From positions 11,610-75,609 of the forward strand of contig JBBQEB010000003.1 in the NCBI GenBank assembly GCA_038320275.1: a stretch of DNA of 64,000 bases. Direction: 5' to 3'. Of the stretch, positions 8,709 through 18,740 are shown one piece after another. The notes below the pieces were generated by a model that saw only the letters and a list, made by a program, of their open reading frames with translations, did no database searches and had not been told where the DNA came from. A program made the translations under genes and the position numbers. Origin of the DNA: Myxococcales bacterium. Lineage in GTDB: Bacteria; Myxococcota; Myxococcia; Myxococcales; Anaeromyxobacteraceae. Position 1 is the stretch's first letter, and every line of letters begins with the position of its first letter.

Positions 8709-10175
8709 GTGACGATCCGGCGGTCGGTCCCTCTCCCGAAAGGCGCCTTGGCGACGAAGCTGCTCCTCGTGGACGGTGACGCCCCGGCGCTGCGCGCCAC
8801 CGAGCTCGTGCTGCAGCGGGCCGGTTACACCGTTGCGACCGCCAAGGACGGCGCGGAGGCGCTGAAGTGCTGCCGGGAGCTGCGGCCCAGGCTGGTCATC
8901 GCCGAGGCCACCTTGCCCGGCGGTGGCGGGCTCGAGCTGCGGCAGGGCATCCAGGCCGACGAGGGGCTCGCCGGGACGCGGCTCCTCCTGCTCACCAGCG
9001 CCGTCGCACCGGCGATCCGGGCGCGCGCCGTGGAGCTCGGCGTGCCCGTCCTCGACAGGGAAGGCTCCCCGGAGGAGCTCGTCGCGCGCGTGAGGGAGCT
9101 CTTGCAGGAGGGGGAGGGCCATGGCCCCGAGCGCGCCGGCCCTGCTGGCGGTCCAGAGTGGGCTGGGCTGTCGCGCATGCTCCCGCCTGGCGACACCGTC
9201 GTCGGGATCGATTACGCGCTGCTTGCGGAGCGGCTCGCCGAGATCCCCGACGACGACGACGCGGTGCTGAAGCTCATCGACGGGCGGAGATCGCTCGGGG
9301 CGATCCTCGAGAGGAGCGGTGGCGCCGATGGCGAAGCCGGGCGCGTCCTGGCCCGCCTCTTCCAGGAGGGGCTCATCCGGCCGGTGGCGAAGGATGATGC
9401 ACCGCCGGCCCCCGCGCCGGACATCGAGGCGCCGGCGTGGTTCGGCGCTCCCTCCGTCGGAGCCCTTCCGCCGCCGTTGCCGATCCCGCCCGCGATCGGC
9501 GAGCCGGAGCCGGAGCCGGCCGCCGGACCGCGCATCGTGCGCTTCCCGCCCCCGGCGCGCTCTCGCCGCCCGGCGATGGCGTCCGCCGAGCTCCGGTCGG
9601 CGCTCGCCGCGGTGGAGCAAGCGGCCGACGCGAACGCCGCGCGGCGCGCCGAGGAGCGGCGAGGCGCTGCCGAGGTCCGCGCGCGCGCTGCCCGGCCGCG
9701 CTCGCGGCGCTCCCTCCTCCTGCTGTTGGCCGTCCCAGCGCTCGCCGTCGTGGGCTGGAGGGCCCTCGGCCCCCGCGGCGCACCCGATCCCGAGCCGGCC
9801 GGCGCCGCTCCTGCGGGCGAGGACGCGTACCTCGCCGCGCTCGCGTCCGCGCAGCGCCACCAGGGGGCGGGCGCGTACGACAGCGCGGCCGCCGCCTACC
9901 GTCGAGCGCTCTCCGTCCACGAGACGAGCACCGCCTTCGCCGGCCTCGGGCGCGCCCTGCTGGCGGGCGGCCAGCCCGAGCCGGCGCTGGAGGCGCTTCG
10001 CCGCGCGGTCGAAGTCGACGCCCGCAACGGCGACGCCTGGATGGCCCTCGCCGAGCTCCAGCTCGCGCGAGGCCGCAGCGGTGAGGCGCGCGGCGCGTAC
10101 GAGCGCTGCCTCGCGGCCGATCCGCAGGGCGCGCGCGCGGAGGACGCGCGGGCGGCGCTCGCACATCTTAAGTAG
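8709..10175 (+). CDS. Atypical receiver-domain protein with TM segment and C-terminal TPRs
   Basis: N-terminal REC fold (LLLVDGD..., LVIAEATLP), hydrophobic segment LLLLLAVPALAVVGW, TPR repeats; start uncertain. Confidence 0.7.
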   Translation: MTIRRSVPLPKGALATKLLLVDGDAPALRATELVLQRAGYTVATAKDGAEALKCCRELRPRLVIAEATLPGGGGLELRQGIQADEGLAGTRLLLLTSAVAPAIRARAVELGVPVLDREGSPEELVARVRELLQEGEGHGPERAGPAGGPEWAGLSRMLPPGDTVVGIDYALLAERLAEIPDDDDAVLKLIDGRRSLGAILERSGGADGEAGRVLARLFQEGLIRPVAKDDAPPAPAPDIEAPAWFGAPSVGALPPPLPIPPAIGEPEPEPAAGPRIVRFPPPARSRRPAMASAELRSALAAVEQAADANAARRAEERRGAAEVRARAARPRSRRSLLLLLAVPALAVVGWRALGPRGAPDPEPAGAAPAGEDAYLAALASAQRHQGAGAYDSAAAAYRRALSVHETSTAFAGLGRALLAGGQPEPALEALRRAVEVDARNGDAWMALAELQLARGRSGEARGAYERCLAADPQGARAEDARAALAHLK

Positions 10176-10180
10176 CCTCC

Positions 10181-11182
10181 GTGCTGGTCCTCGGGATCGA
10201 GACGTCGTGCGACGAGACCGCAGCCGCCGTGGTGCAGGACGGGCGGCGGGCGCTCTCGGACGTGGTGGCGACGCAGATCGAGCTTCACCGCAAGTGGGGC
10301 GGCGTCGTGCCCGAGCTCGCCAGCCGCAACCACGTCATGCAGGTGCTGCCGGTGGTGGACGAGGCGCTCGCCCGGGCAGGCATTCGCCCTCCGGAGCTCT
10401 ACGGTCTCGCGGTCACCAGCGGGCCGGGCCTGGTGGGAGCGCTGCTCGTGGGGGTGCAGGTGGCGAAGGCGCTCGCGCTCGCATGGGACAAGCCGCTCGC
10501 GCGGGTGAACCACCTCGAGGGTCACCTCCTCGCCACCTTCCTCGCCGAGGACGCGCCCGCCTTTCCGTTCCTGGGACTGGTCGTCTCGGGTGGGCACACG
10601 TCCCTCTACGCGGCCGAGGCGCCCGGCCGGTATCGCCTTCTCGGCGCCACGCGCGACGACGCGGCCGGGGAGGCGTTCGACAAGGGTGCCAAGCTGCTCG
10701 GGCTGCCCTATCCCGGCGGCGTCGCCATCGACCGCCTGGCGAAGGAGGGCGACGGCAGTGCCGTGCGCTTCCCGCGCGCGGTCGTGCGGGGGAGCGAGCT
10801 CGCCTTCAGCTTCTCGGGCCTCAAGACCGCGCTCCTCCATCACGTCCGCAAGCACGGCGTTCCGGCCGGGCAAGGGCTCGCGGACCTCTGTGCCAGCTAC
10901 CAGGAGGCCATCGTGGGGGCGCTGGTGGCGAAGCTGTTCCGTGCCGCGCGCACCCTGCAGATGGAGCGCATCGTCCTCTCCGGCGGCGTGGCCGCCAACA
11001 GCCGGCTGCGCGCCGCCGTGGTCGAGCGCGCGGCGGAGTACGAGGGCGTGCGCGTCTTCCTTCCGCCGGCGAAGCTCTGCACGGACAACGCGGCCATGAT
11101 CGCGGTGGCGGGTACGCACGCGCTGCTCCGGGGCGAGCGCGCCGGCGCGGGGCTGGCTGCGGACGCCTCCTGGCGGCTGTGA
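10181..11182 (+). CDS. tsaD: tRNA N6-adenosine threonylcarbamoyltransferase
   Basis: LGIETSCDET, GGVVPELASRNH, NHLEGH, VSGGHT, DDAAGEAFDK, CTDNAAMIA. Confidence 0.97.
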   Translation: MLVLGIETSCDETAAAVVQDGRRALSDVVATQIELHRKWGGVVPELASRNHVMQVLPVVDEALARAGIRPPELYGLAVTSGPGLVGALLVGVQVAKALALAWDKPLARVNHLEGHLLATFLAEDAPAFPFLGLVVSGGHTSLYAAEAPGRYRLLGATRDDAAGEAFDKGAKLLGLPYPGGVAIDRLAKEGDGSAVRFPRAVVRGSELAFSFSGLKTALLHHVRKHGVPAGQGLADLCASYQEAIVGALVAKLFRAARTLQMERIVLSGGVAANSRLRAAVVERAAEYEGVRVFLPPAKLCTDNAAMIAVAGTHALLRGERAGAGLAADASWRL

Positions 11183-12027
11183 TGGCGACGGCCGCCTACC
11201 CGTCGCCCAAGGCGCTGCTCGATCGCTACGGGCTCCGCGCCAAGAAGAGCTGGGGTCAGAACTTCCTGGGGGACGAGGGGATCCTCGACCACATCGCGGC
11301 GCTGGCGGTGGAGCGCCCAGGCGAGCGCGTGGTGGAGCTGGGCGCCGGGCTCGGCCATCTGACCGCGCGCCTCGTCGCGCGCGGCGCGGTGGTGGTAGCG
11401 GTGGAGCGGGACCGCGACATGGCGGCCGTGCTGCGGGGCGAGCTGGGCGAGCGCGTGACGCTCGTCGAGGCCGACGCCGCGCGCCTCGACTACCGCGCGC
11501 TGGCGGGCGAGGGGGGGCCGATCGCGGTGGTGGGAAACCTGCCGTACCACCTCACGAGCCCCATCCTGTTCGCGCTGCTCGACCAGGCGGAATCCGTGCG
11601 GCGGGCGGTGCTGCTCCTCCAGCGCGAGGTGGCGGAGCGACTCGCGGCGTCGCCGGACACGGAGGCGTGGGGGCTCCTCTCGGTGCTCCTCCAGCAGCGG
11701 GCACACGTCACGGTCGAGCGCCGCGTTCCGCCCGGCGCCTTCCTCCCGCCGCCCAAGGTGGAGAGCGCGGTGGTGCGCATCGCCTTCGGGCCGCCCCGGG
11801 CCGAGATCTCCGACGCGGCGCGCTTCAGGAAACTGGTGAAGGCGGGGTTCAACCAGCGCCGCAAGGTCCTCGCGAACGCGCTGGCGTCGGCCCGCCTGGC
11901 GACGCCGGAGACCCTCGCTCACGCCCTCGAATCCGCCGGTATCGATCCCCGCCGCCGCGGGGAGACGCTCACCGTCGCCGAGTGGGCAGCGCTGGAGCGT
12001 GCCCTTGCATCGGCCGAGGCGCGTTGA
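11182..12027 (+). CDS. rsmA: 16S rRNA dimethyladenosine transferase
   Basis: KKSWGQNFL, ELGAGLG, GNLPYH, QREVAERL, FLPPPKVES. Confidence 0.95.
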   Translation: MATAAYPSPKALLDRYGLRAKKSWGQNFLGDEGILDHIAALAVERPGERVVELGAGLGHLTARLVARGAVVVAVERDRDMAAVLRGELGERVTLVEADAARLDYRALAGEGGPIAVVGNLPYHLTSPILFALLDQAESVRRAVLLLQREVAERLAASPDTEAWGLLSVLLQQRAHVTVERRVPPGAFLPPPKVESAVVRIAFGPPRAEISDAARFRKLVKAGFNQRRKVLANALASARLATPETLAHALESAGIDPRRRGETLTVAEWAALERALASAEAR

Positions 12028-12212
12028 GGCCGCGCGCCGCTGACAGGGTGCGGCTCAGCTTCTCGGCGCCGTTCACGACCTCCCGAACGTCGTGACGCTA
12101 CAGGTCACGCACGGTCGCGGTACACCGCGTGCGGTCATCCCCGAGCGGGTGCTCTTTCCGCCAGGGCGGTCGGGGTGGCACTCTGCCCGCGCCCCTCAGC
12201 CCTGGAACCCGA

Positions 12213-12848
12213 ATGGATCGTCCGCGCTACATCGCCATCGAGGGACCGATCGGCGCCGGCAAGACGACGCTCGCGAACATCCTGGTGGAGAGCCTGGGCG
12301 GCCGGCTCCTGGCGGAATCGGTGGAGGAGAACCCCTTCCTCGCCCGCTTCTACGAGGACAGGCCCAAGTACGCGCTGCAGACGCAGCTCTTCTTCCTGCT
12401 CTCCCGTTTCGGACAGCAGCAGGCGCTCTTCCAGACGGACCTCTTCGCGCAGACGACCGTCGCCGACTACCTGTTCGCGAAGGACCGCATCTTCGCCGCG
12501 CTCAACCTGGAGGGGCACGAGCTCGCGCTCTACGAGCAGGTCTACGCAGCGCTCGGGCCGAGGACGGTGAAGCCAGACCTGGTGATCTACCTGCAAGCCC
12601 GCATCGACGTGCTGCTCGCGCGCATCCGGCGGCGGGGGCGCCACTTCGAGCGCGCCATCGAGCCGGCCTATCTCGAGGGGCTGGCGCGCGCGTATGGCGA
12701 GTTCTTCTTCCACCACGACGACTCGCCGGTGCTGGTGGTGAACACGAGCGACATCGACCTCAGCGGCTCCGCCCCTGACCGCGACGCGCTCCTCGCGGTC
12801 ATCCGGCGCCATCGCTCGGGTGTCCGGCACTACAACCCGGGCGGCTGA
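12213..12848 (+). CDS. Deoxynucleoside kinase
   Basis: [37 protein letters not shown]. Confidence 0.92.
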   Translation: MDRPRYIAIEGPIGAGKTTLANILVESLGGRLLAESVEENPFLARFYEDRPKYALQTQLFFLLSRFGQQQALFQTDLFAQTTVADYLFAKDRIFAALNLEGHELALYEQVYAALGPRTVKPDLVIYLQARIDVLLARIRRRGRHFERAIEPAYLEGLARAYGEFFFHHDDSPVLVVNTSDIDLSGSAPDRDALLAVIRRHRSGVRHYNPGG

Positions 12849-12951
12849 CGAACAGCGGCCCAAGGCCGTGTGGCAGCGGGCGAGGCCGGGGACTACAGAG
12901 CTTTTCTTCCAACGGGTGGGACCCGCTCGCGGGCCTGCACCGGAGGTGAAC

Positions 12952-13872
12952 ATGTCGAAGCAGGCATCCCCCGGGACGCGCAAGCGCCTCAGCATCCCCG
13001 ACCTGCGCAAGATGAAGGCGGCCGGCGAGAAGATCGCCGTCGCGACCGCTTACGACGCCACCATGGCGCGGCTGGTCGACGAGGGAGGCGCCGACGCCAT
13101 CCTGGTGGGCGACTCCCTCGGCATGGTGGTGCAGGGGCACGACTCCACGCTGCCCGTCACGCTGGAGCAGATGATCTACCACTCCGCCTGCGTTCGCCGC
13201 GGGCTGGCCCGCTCCGGCGGGCGCGCGAACCTCACCGTGGACATGCCGTTCGGCAGCTACCAGGCGGGGATCGACGACGCGGTGAAGAGCGCGATGCGGC
13301 TCGTGGCCGAGGGCGGTGCCGAGGGCGTGAAGCTCGAGGGCGGGGGCGAGTACGCGGAGGTCATCGCCCGCATCGTGCGCGCCGGCGTCCCGGTCATGGG
13401 CCACATTGGGCTCACCCCGCAGTCGGTCCATCAGATGGGGGGCTACGTCGTCCAGGGAAAGGACACGGAGAAGGCGCGGCGGCTCCTGCGCGACGCGCGG
13501 GCGCTGGAGGAGGCCGGCTGCTTCGCCCTGGTGCTGGAGTGCATCCCGGCCGAGCTGGCCGGGCTCATCACCGGGCAGCTCTCCATCCCCACCATCGGTA
13601 TCGGCGCGGGCGTGCACTGCGACGGTCAGGTGCTGGTGGTGAACGACCTGCTGGGTCTGGACGGCAGCTTCCGGCCCAAGTTCGTGAAGCGCTTCGCCGA
13701 GCTCGGCCCCAGCATGGCGGCTGCAGTCGCGGCCTACGCCGCGGAGGTGAAGGCGGCAACCTTTCCCGCCGAGGAGCACTCCTTCCACGCGGGGACGCTG
13801 CGCCTCGTCCAGGCCCCGGAGCTCGACCGCAGGCCCGACGTCGATCCGGCGGTCCTGGGCGCGCCCGTGTAA
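12952..13872 (+). CDS. panB: 3-methyl-2-oxobutanoate hydroxymethyltransferase
   Basis: [51 protein letters not shown]. Confidence 0.97.
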   Translation: MSKQASPGTRKRLSIPDLRKMKAAGEKIAVATAYDATMARLVDEGGADAILVGDSLGMVVQGHDSTLPVTLEQMIYHSACVRRGLARSGGRANLTVDMPFGSYQAGIDDAVKSAMRLVAEGGAEGVKLEGGGEYAEVIARIVRAGVPVMGHIGLTPQSVHQMGGYVVQGKDTEKARRLLRDARALEEAGCFALVLECIPAELAGLITGQLSIPTIGIGAGVHCDGQVLVVNDLLGLDGSFRPKFVKRFAELGPSMAAAVAAYAAEVKAATFPAEEHSFHAGTLRLVQAPELDRRPDVDPAVLGAPV

Positions 13873-13910
13873 AAGGCGCCTCACTCGCGCGCACCCCGCG
13901 CGGCCCGAAC

Positions 13911-14765
13911 ATGCCCATCGAGCTCGTCCGAGACCCGCGCGAATGGCAGAGCCGTTGCCTGGAGGCGCGGGCCGCGGGCCGCCGCATCGCGCTCGTGCCC
14001 ACCATGGGCTTCCTCCACGCCGGCCACGCCTCGCTCCTTCGCGGGGCTCGCGAGCGGGCGGGTCCCGGCGGGCTCGCGCTGGCGAGCATCTTCGTGAACC
14101 CGGCGCAGTTCGGGCCAGCCGAGGACCTGACGCAATACCCGCGCGACCTGCCGCGCGACCTCGCCACCTGCGAAGCGGCGGGGGTGGACTGGGTGCTCGC
14201 CCCCGAGCCGGGCGACGTCTACGCGAGCGGCCACGAGACCTGGATCGAGGTGGAGCGCACCGCCCAGGGGCTGTGTGCCGGCACTCGCCCCGGGCACTTC
14301 CGCGGCGTCGCCACGGTCGTCGCCAAGCTCTTCCACCTCTCCGTGCCGCACGTGGCCCTGTTCGGTGAGAAGGACTGGCAGCAGCTCCAGGTGGTGAGAG
14401 CCATGGTCCGCGACCTCGACTTCGCGATCGAGGTCGCCGGGATGCCCATCGTGCGGGAGGCGGATGGGCTCGCGCTCTCCTCCCGGAACGTCTATCTCTC
14501 GCGGGAGGAGCGCGGCCGCGCGCTGGCGCTGTCGAAGGCGCTCCGGCAGGCACAGGTGCGGGCCGCCGGCGGCGAGCGCGAGGCCGCCGTGCTGTCCCGG
14601 GAGGCCCGCGAGGCGCTCGCGCGCGAGGGGGTGGAGGTGGAGTACGTGGAGGTGGTGCATTCCGAGCGGCTGGAGCGCCTGGCGCACGCCGGGCCGGGCA
14701 GCCGCATGCTCGTCGCGGCGCAAGTTGGGCGGACGCGCCTCATCGACAACGTGGAGCTCCCGTGA
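13911..14765 (+). CDS. panC: Pantoate-beta-alanine ligase
   Basis: VPTMGFLHAGH, SIFVNPAQF, RPGHFRGV, FGEKDWQQ, GLALSSRN, RLIDN. Confidence 0.97.
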   Translation: MPIELVRDPREWQSRCLEARAAGRRIALVPTMGFLHAGHASLLRGARERAGPGGLALASIFVNPAQFGPAEDLTQYPRDLPRDLATCEAAGVDWVLAPEPGDVYASGHETWIEVERTAQGLCAGTRPGHFRGVATVVAKLFHLSVPHVALFGEKDWQQLQVVRAMVRDLDFAIEVAGMPIVREADGLALSSRNVYLSREERGRALALSKALRQAQVRAAGGEREAAVLSREAREALAREGVEVEYVEVVHSERLERLAHAGPGSRMLVAAQVGRTRLIDNVELP

Positions 14766-15241
14766 GGGCGAGGGGAGGCGCCGACGACGAGGTGAAGGTG
14801 GTGGCCACCAACCGCCGCGCCCGGTTCGACTACCAGGTCGAGGACACCTACGAGGCCGGCCTCGCCCTCACCGGCTCGGAGGTGAAGTCGCTCCGCGCTG
14901 GCAACATCTCGCTCTCCGACGCCTACGCCCAGCCGCGCGGTGCCGAGCTCTTCCTGCTGAACCTGCGGATCGGCGAGTACGGACCTGCCTCGCTCTTCGG
15001 CCACGCGCCGCTGCGCGAGCGCAGGCTCCTCATGAAGCGGGCGGAGATCGAGAAGATCCGCGGCAAGGTGGAGCAGCGCGGCTACACGCTCGTCCCCCTC
15101 TCCCTCTATTTCAAAGGCGGCTGGGCCAAGGTGGAGCTCGGCCTCGCTCGCGGGCGCACGCACGAGGACCGCCGGGAGGCCATCGCCGAGCGCGAGACCA
15201 AGCGCGAGATGGACCGCGCCATGTCGAAGCGGCGGAAGTGA
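14762..15241 (+). CDS. smpB: SsrA-binding protein
   Basis: NRRARFDY, EAGLALTGSEVKSLR, GYTLVPLSLYFK, DRREAI. Confidence 0.96.
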   Translation: MRARGGADDEVKVVATNRRARFDYQVEDTYEAGLALTGSEVKSLRAGNISLSDAYAQPRGAELFLLNLRIGEYGPASLFGHAPLRERRLLMKRAEIEKIRGKVEQRGYTLVPLSLYFKGGWAKVELGLARGRTHEDRREAIAERETKREMDRAMSKRRK

Positions 15242-15346
15242 GCGGCCGTCCCGCGATCAGGGGTCATACGCGGGGTACGTGAAGGCACACATCGGCCGCT
15301 CCACCCGCTTCTGCTAGGCTGCCCGCGATTTCCACCGAGAGGCAGG

Positions 15347-16258
15347 ATGTTCGACCGCGTCACGCTCAAGAGGGATTTGGTGGACGCGGGGGGAAGGCTC
15401 CTCGCGCGCCGTGGCGCCGTCCTGTCCCTCGGGGCCGTGCTCGAGGCCGCTCAGCGCACCGCCCCGCCGCCTCGGGTCGAGCCGCTCTCCGCGACCGCCC
15501 TGGCGGCCGGGGTCCGCGCGCAGCTCGACGCGCCGGTCTACCGGGCGCTCTTCCGGGATCGGCCGATGAAGGAGCGCGTCGAGCGCACCATCCTGGCGGC
15601 CCGGCTCCCCGCCTCGCTCACCGGAGAGCTCGCCGAGAGGGAGCGGTCGGACCCTGCGCGCCAGCGGCACGGCGTGGCGACGGCGGCCATCGCGGTGCGG
15701 ATGCTCCTGGGCGCGGTCGGCGAGCGCCCCGGACTGGCCGATCTGGCCGCCGCGGGGCTCCTGCACGACCTCGGCATGCGCCACATCCCTCCCCACCTCG
15801 CGGGCAACGACGACGCGCTCGACCCGGCGGAGATCGCCGAGGTGGCCTCCCATCCGCTCCTCGGCGGCTGGCACCTGGCCCTCCAGCTCGGGCCGCACCC
15901 GGCCGTCGACGCCGCCCTGTGGCATCACTGGCGCAACGGAAAGGGCTATCCCAGCCTCGCTCGCCCGCCCACGCGCATGGTGGAGGTGGTGAGCGTCGCC
16001 AGCGCCTTCGCGGCGCTCACCCAGGCCCGGGCCTTCCGCGCGGGCGTGTACGACGCCCGCGGCGCAGTGGACCTCCTCATCGAAGAGGGCGCCCTGGATC
16101 GCTTCGACCTCGTCACGGTGAAGCTGCTCGTGCACGCGCTGCGCGGTGGGAAGGGCGAGGTCCGGGAGGTGAAGTTTGGACGGCCGCGGCTGGGCAACAG
16201 CCCGAAGGCGAGCAGCCACACGGTCATCCAGCTCGATCCCCGCAAGGCGACCGGTTAG
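15347..16258 (+). CDS. HD-GYP-like domain protein with degenerate active site
   Basis: GLLHDLG, HP..G, HHWRNGKGYP; C-terminal Asp residues replaced (VASAFAAL). Confidence 0.75.
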   Translation: MFDRVTLKRDLVDAGGRLLARRGAVLSLGAVLEAAQRTAPPPRVEPLSATALAAGVRAQLDAPVYRALFRDRPMKERVERTILAARLPASLTGELAERERSDPARQRHGVATAAIAVRMLLGAVGERPGLADLAAAGLLHDLGMRHIPPHLAGNDDALDPAEIAEVASHPLLGGWHLALQLGPHPAVDAALWHHWRNGKGYPSLARPPTRMVEVVSVASAFAALTQARAFRAGVYDARGAVDLLIEEGALDRFDLVTVKLLVHALRGGKGEVREVKFGRPRLGNSPKASSHTVIQLDPRKATG

Positions 16259-16274
16259 CGACGCCGCTCGGCGC

Positions 16275-17483
16275 TCACCCGCCGGCGCCCTGCCACCACT
16301 CGAAGGTGCGCCCCAGCGGGTCGTTCGGGCCGAAGACGACGAGGTACGCAGCAGCATCGTAAGCGAGGAAGGCCGGGCGCCCGCGCGCCACCGTGCCGAG
16401 CTGGTGGAGCTGGCGCCAGGTGCCGGTGTTGAAGTAGCAACCCGGCTTCCCGTTCACGAGCCCGAGCGGCGTCATGCCGGCGAAGTGGGTGTGCCCGTTC
16501 ACGGCGAAGCGCAGCCCGCGGTGCTCGCGGGACTCCAGCGCGCGCAGGGCGCTCCGCGCGAAGCGGGCGTCGAGGAGCCGCATGAGCAGGTAGTAGAGCT
16601 GGGTGAGCCGCGGCTCGTCGCGCGGCTTGCCGCGCCCGGAAAGCGCGAGGAGGAGCTTCACGCGCTGGGCGAAGTCGAGCTTCAGCCTCCGGTGGTGGTC
16701 GGCCATCCAGTGGCGCACCCAGCCGTTCTCGAGGAACTCGTCCACGAGCTCCCGCCACACGCGGTTCACGACCCGGGAGAGGTGCGCCGGCTCTCCTCTC
16801 GCGAGGCCGCGCACCCAGCCCGGAACCGCCAGGACGGGGCGCACGTCGTCGATGTCGTCGAGGCGCGGGTCGGGAAGCTCGAGGTGGCGCCGGATCTCCG
16901 AGGGGAAGCGCACGATGAGCTCCGACGCGATGACGTCGCCGAGCGGGGCGGAGCCGTCGGACTCGTGGCAGAGAGGGTCCACGGTGTGGCCGTGGTAGGC
17001 GAGCACGCCCTCGGGCTCGAACACGCGCACCGCCGGGAAGGGCGCCGTACCTCCGCTCATGCCGAGCGCCGCCCGGACGGCCGCCCGCGCTGCGGGGGCG
17101 TGCAGGAGCAGCCGGTCGTGGTTGCCCAGCACGTACTCGATCTCCAGCGCGCCCGTTTCCACCTTGCGGCGCATGGCCTCGAAGAAGGGGCGGTCGGCTT
17201 CGATGGTCGCGTCGATCACGCGCTTCACCTGCGCGGCCAGCTCGGGGGAGGGCTCGTGGTACGGCCGCACCGTGCAGCCCAGCCACTCCGGAGCGCGGAC
17301 GAGGTCGAAGATGTCGCCGAGCAGGCAGAGCCGGATCGGCGCGCCGGGGCTGCCGCCCTCGATGCGAGACCAGAGCCGCCCGAACTGCGCCGCGCGCGCG
17401 ACGGGCGTGGGCGCGCCGGTGCGGAGGTGAAGGTCGGAGACGAAGACGAGCATCGGGCGCGGGAGGCGCCCCGCCGGGATCAT
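16275..17483 (-). CDS. Calcineurin-like metallophosphoesterase (LpxH-like superfamily)
   Basis: SDLH, GDIFD, GNHD, HGH, GHTH, NTGTW. Confidence 0.85.
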   Translation of the reverse strand: MIPAGRLPRPMLVFVSDLHLRTGAPTPVARAAQFGRLWSRIEGGSPGAPIRLCLLGDIFDLVRAPEWLGCTVRPYHEPSPELAAQVKRVIDATIEADRPFFEAMRRKVETGALEIEYVLGNHDRLLLHAPAARAAVRAALGMSGGTAPFPAVRVFEPEGVLAYHGHTVDPLCHESDGSAPLGDVIASELIVRFPSEIRRHLELPDPRLDDIDDVRPVLAVPGWVRGLARGEPAHLSRVVNRVWRELVDEFLENGWVRHWMADHHRRLKLDFAQRVKLLLALSGRGKPRDEPRLTQLYYLLMRLLDARFARSALRALESREHRGLRFAVNGHTHFAGMTPLGLVNGKPGCYFNTGTWRQLHQLGTVARGRPAFLAYDAAAYLVVFGPNDPLGRTFEWWQGAGG

Positions 17484-17825
17484 CTATCCCGGCGCGAGCC
17501 CCGAAGCGCGGCGCAGGGTGTCCCAGCTGTAGATCCCGCTGTCGTGTCCATCCGACCAGCCGATCTTCAGCGCGTAATTCCCGACCGCGTCCAGCCTGAG
17601 CGGGCGGATGTCGGAGGGGATGGTGGCCGGATCGAGGAGCTTCTTGCCCGTGCCCTCCTCGATGCAGCTCGCGCATGGACAGGCGTCGCGCAGCCCGAGG
17701 GCGGTGAGAGTCACGGTGGGTCCCGCCGGCCAGGAGATGCGCAGCGCGCCGTTCTCGACGACGTCGATGGTCTCCGGCGGGTCGCTCTGGGTCTTGCGGA
17801 GCTGCACGCGGTCGAGGAGGCCCAT
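17484..17825 (-). CDS. DUF971 / GBBH-like N-terminal domain protein
   Basis: LRDACPCASC, VGNYALKIGWSDGHDSGIYSWDTL. Confidence 0.88.
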   Translation of the reverse strand: MGLLDRVQLRKTQSDPPETIDVVENGALRISWPAGPTVTLTALGLRDACPCASCIEEGTGKKLLDPATIPSDIRPLRLDAVGNYALKIGWSDGHDSGIYSWDTLRRASGLAPG

Positions 17826-17857
17826 GGCGGCTTCGATGCCGGCGTGCGGCGCTCGTG

Positions 17858-18604
17858 TCAAGGCGAAGGGTCGTCCCCACAGAGCCCGGTGAGCAGGCTG
17901 GACCTGTCCTCCAGCGGCGCCGTGCAGGGATGTCCGTCGCAGGTGAAGAGCGCCGCCCCCGCGAGCGAGCTCCCCAGGCGCAGGATGGTGGAGGAGCGGG
18001 TGCCGTAACCACGCTCCTCCAGGTGGACGCACACGGCGTCGCGCCGGCCCTCGCCGTGCACCGTCAGAAGCTCCCGCAGTGAAGAGGTGTCCGTCCGGAG
18101 CGGCCAGCGGGCGCGCACGAGCTCTCCGCGCGGCCCGCTCCCGTCGAACGACTCCTCGGTCACCACGTGGAGGCCCGGGGAGAGGTCGAGGGCTCCGCTC
18201 GCCGCGCCGTCCGACCAGAGGACGAAGGCGCGCTCGGCGTCGGCGACGAGGAGGTGAAAGGGGTTGTAGCTCGCAGGGTCGAGCCCGCTCCAGGCGGCCC
18301 GGGCCGCCTCTGCGCTGGGCGCCTCCAGAGCGCGCGGGACGAGCTCGCCGCGGGAGCGCCGAGACGGGTCGGGGTAGCCCTCTCCGCCGGCGCGATTGGT
18401 GACGGCGGCGAAGACCCCGCACGCGGAAACGCCGATCCACGTCCCGCCCCCGACGAGATCGCGTGGCGACGCGTGGCGAGGACCGAGAACCGGGGAGCGA
18501 AGGGCCCAGCCCTCGGCCGCGCGGGCCAGCCGCTCGTCGCGGTTGGCCGCGACCACGAGCGGCCAGCGCCTCTCCACGGCGTAGGCGACGGCGAGAGTGC
18601 ACAT
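17858..18604 (-). CDS. NRDE/TANGO2 family protein
   Basis: N-terminal MCT, AANRDE, GGTWIG, VTNR, SRGELV, YNPFHL, YGTRSST. Confidence 0.92.
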   Translation of the reverse strand: MCTLAVAYAVERRWPLVVAANRDERLARAAEGWALRSPVLGPRHASPRDLVGGGTWIGVSACGVFAAVTNRAGGEGYPDPSRRSRGELVPRALEAPSAEAARAAWSGLDPASYNPFHLLVADAERAFVLWSDGAASGALDLSPGLHVVTEESFDGSGPRGELVRARWPLRTDTSSLRELLTVHGEGRRDAVCVHLEERGYGTRSSTILRLGSSLAGAALFTCDGHPCTAPLEDRSSLLTGLCGDDPSP

Positions 18605-18740
18605 GGACGGAAGGGATCTGGTCCACCGGACGCGAGAGCGCCCCTCTTCCGCGACGGATCGCGAGGGAGGGGCGCCGGTCCGGCCGCAGCCGGGTGTCTT
18701 CGGGGCTGGGCGGGGGCTCGGGCGTGGGCTTATGCGGGCC

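Noticed and set aside
9319..12027. 902-aa ORF as an RsmA fusion
   Set aside because: The upstream part is Arg/Pro-rich off-frame read-through of real genes; rsmA starts at 11182
12176..12190. sigma54 promoter upstream of the deoxynucleoside kinase (TGGCACT...CCGC)
   Set aside because: Poor -12 element, very close to the start codon, and likely by chance in GC-rich DNA
12849..12951. pan RNA motif upstream of panB
   Set aside because: Location is suitable, but I could not build a convincing hairpin by eye; an Rfam covariance search is needed
15242..15346. tmRNA (ssrA) next to smpB
   Set aside because: The gap is only about 105 bp and lacks tRNA-like ends or a tag reading frame
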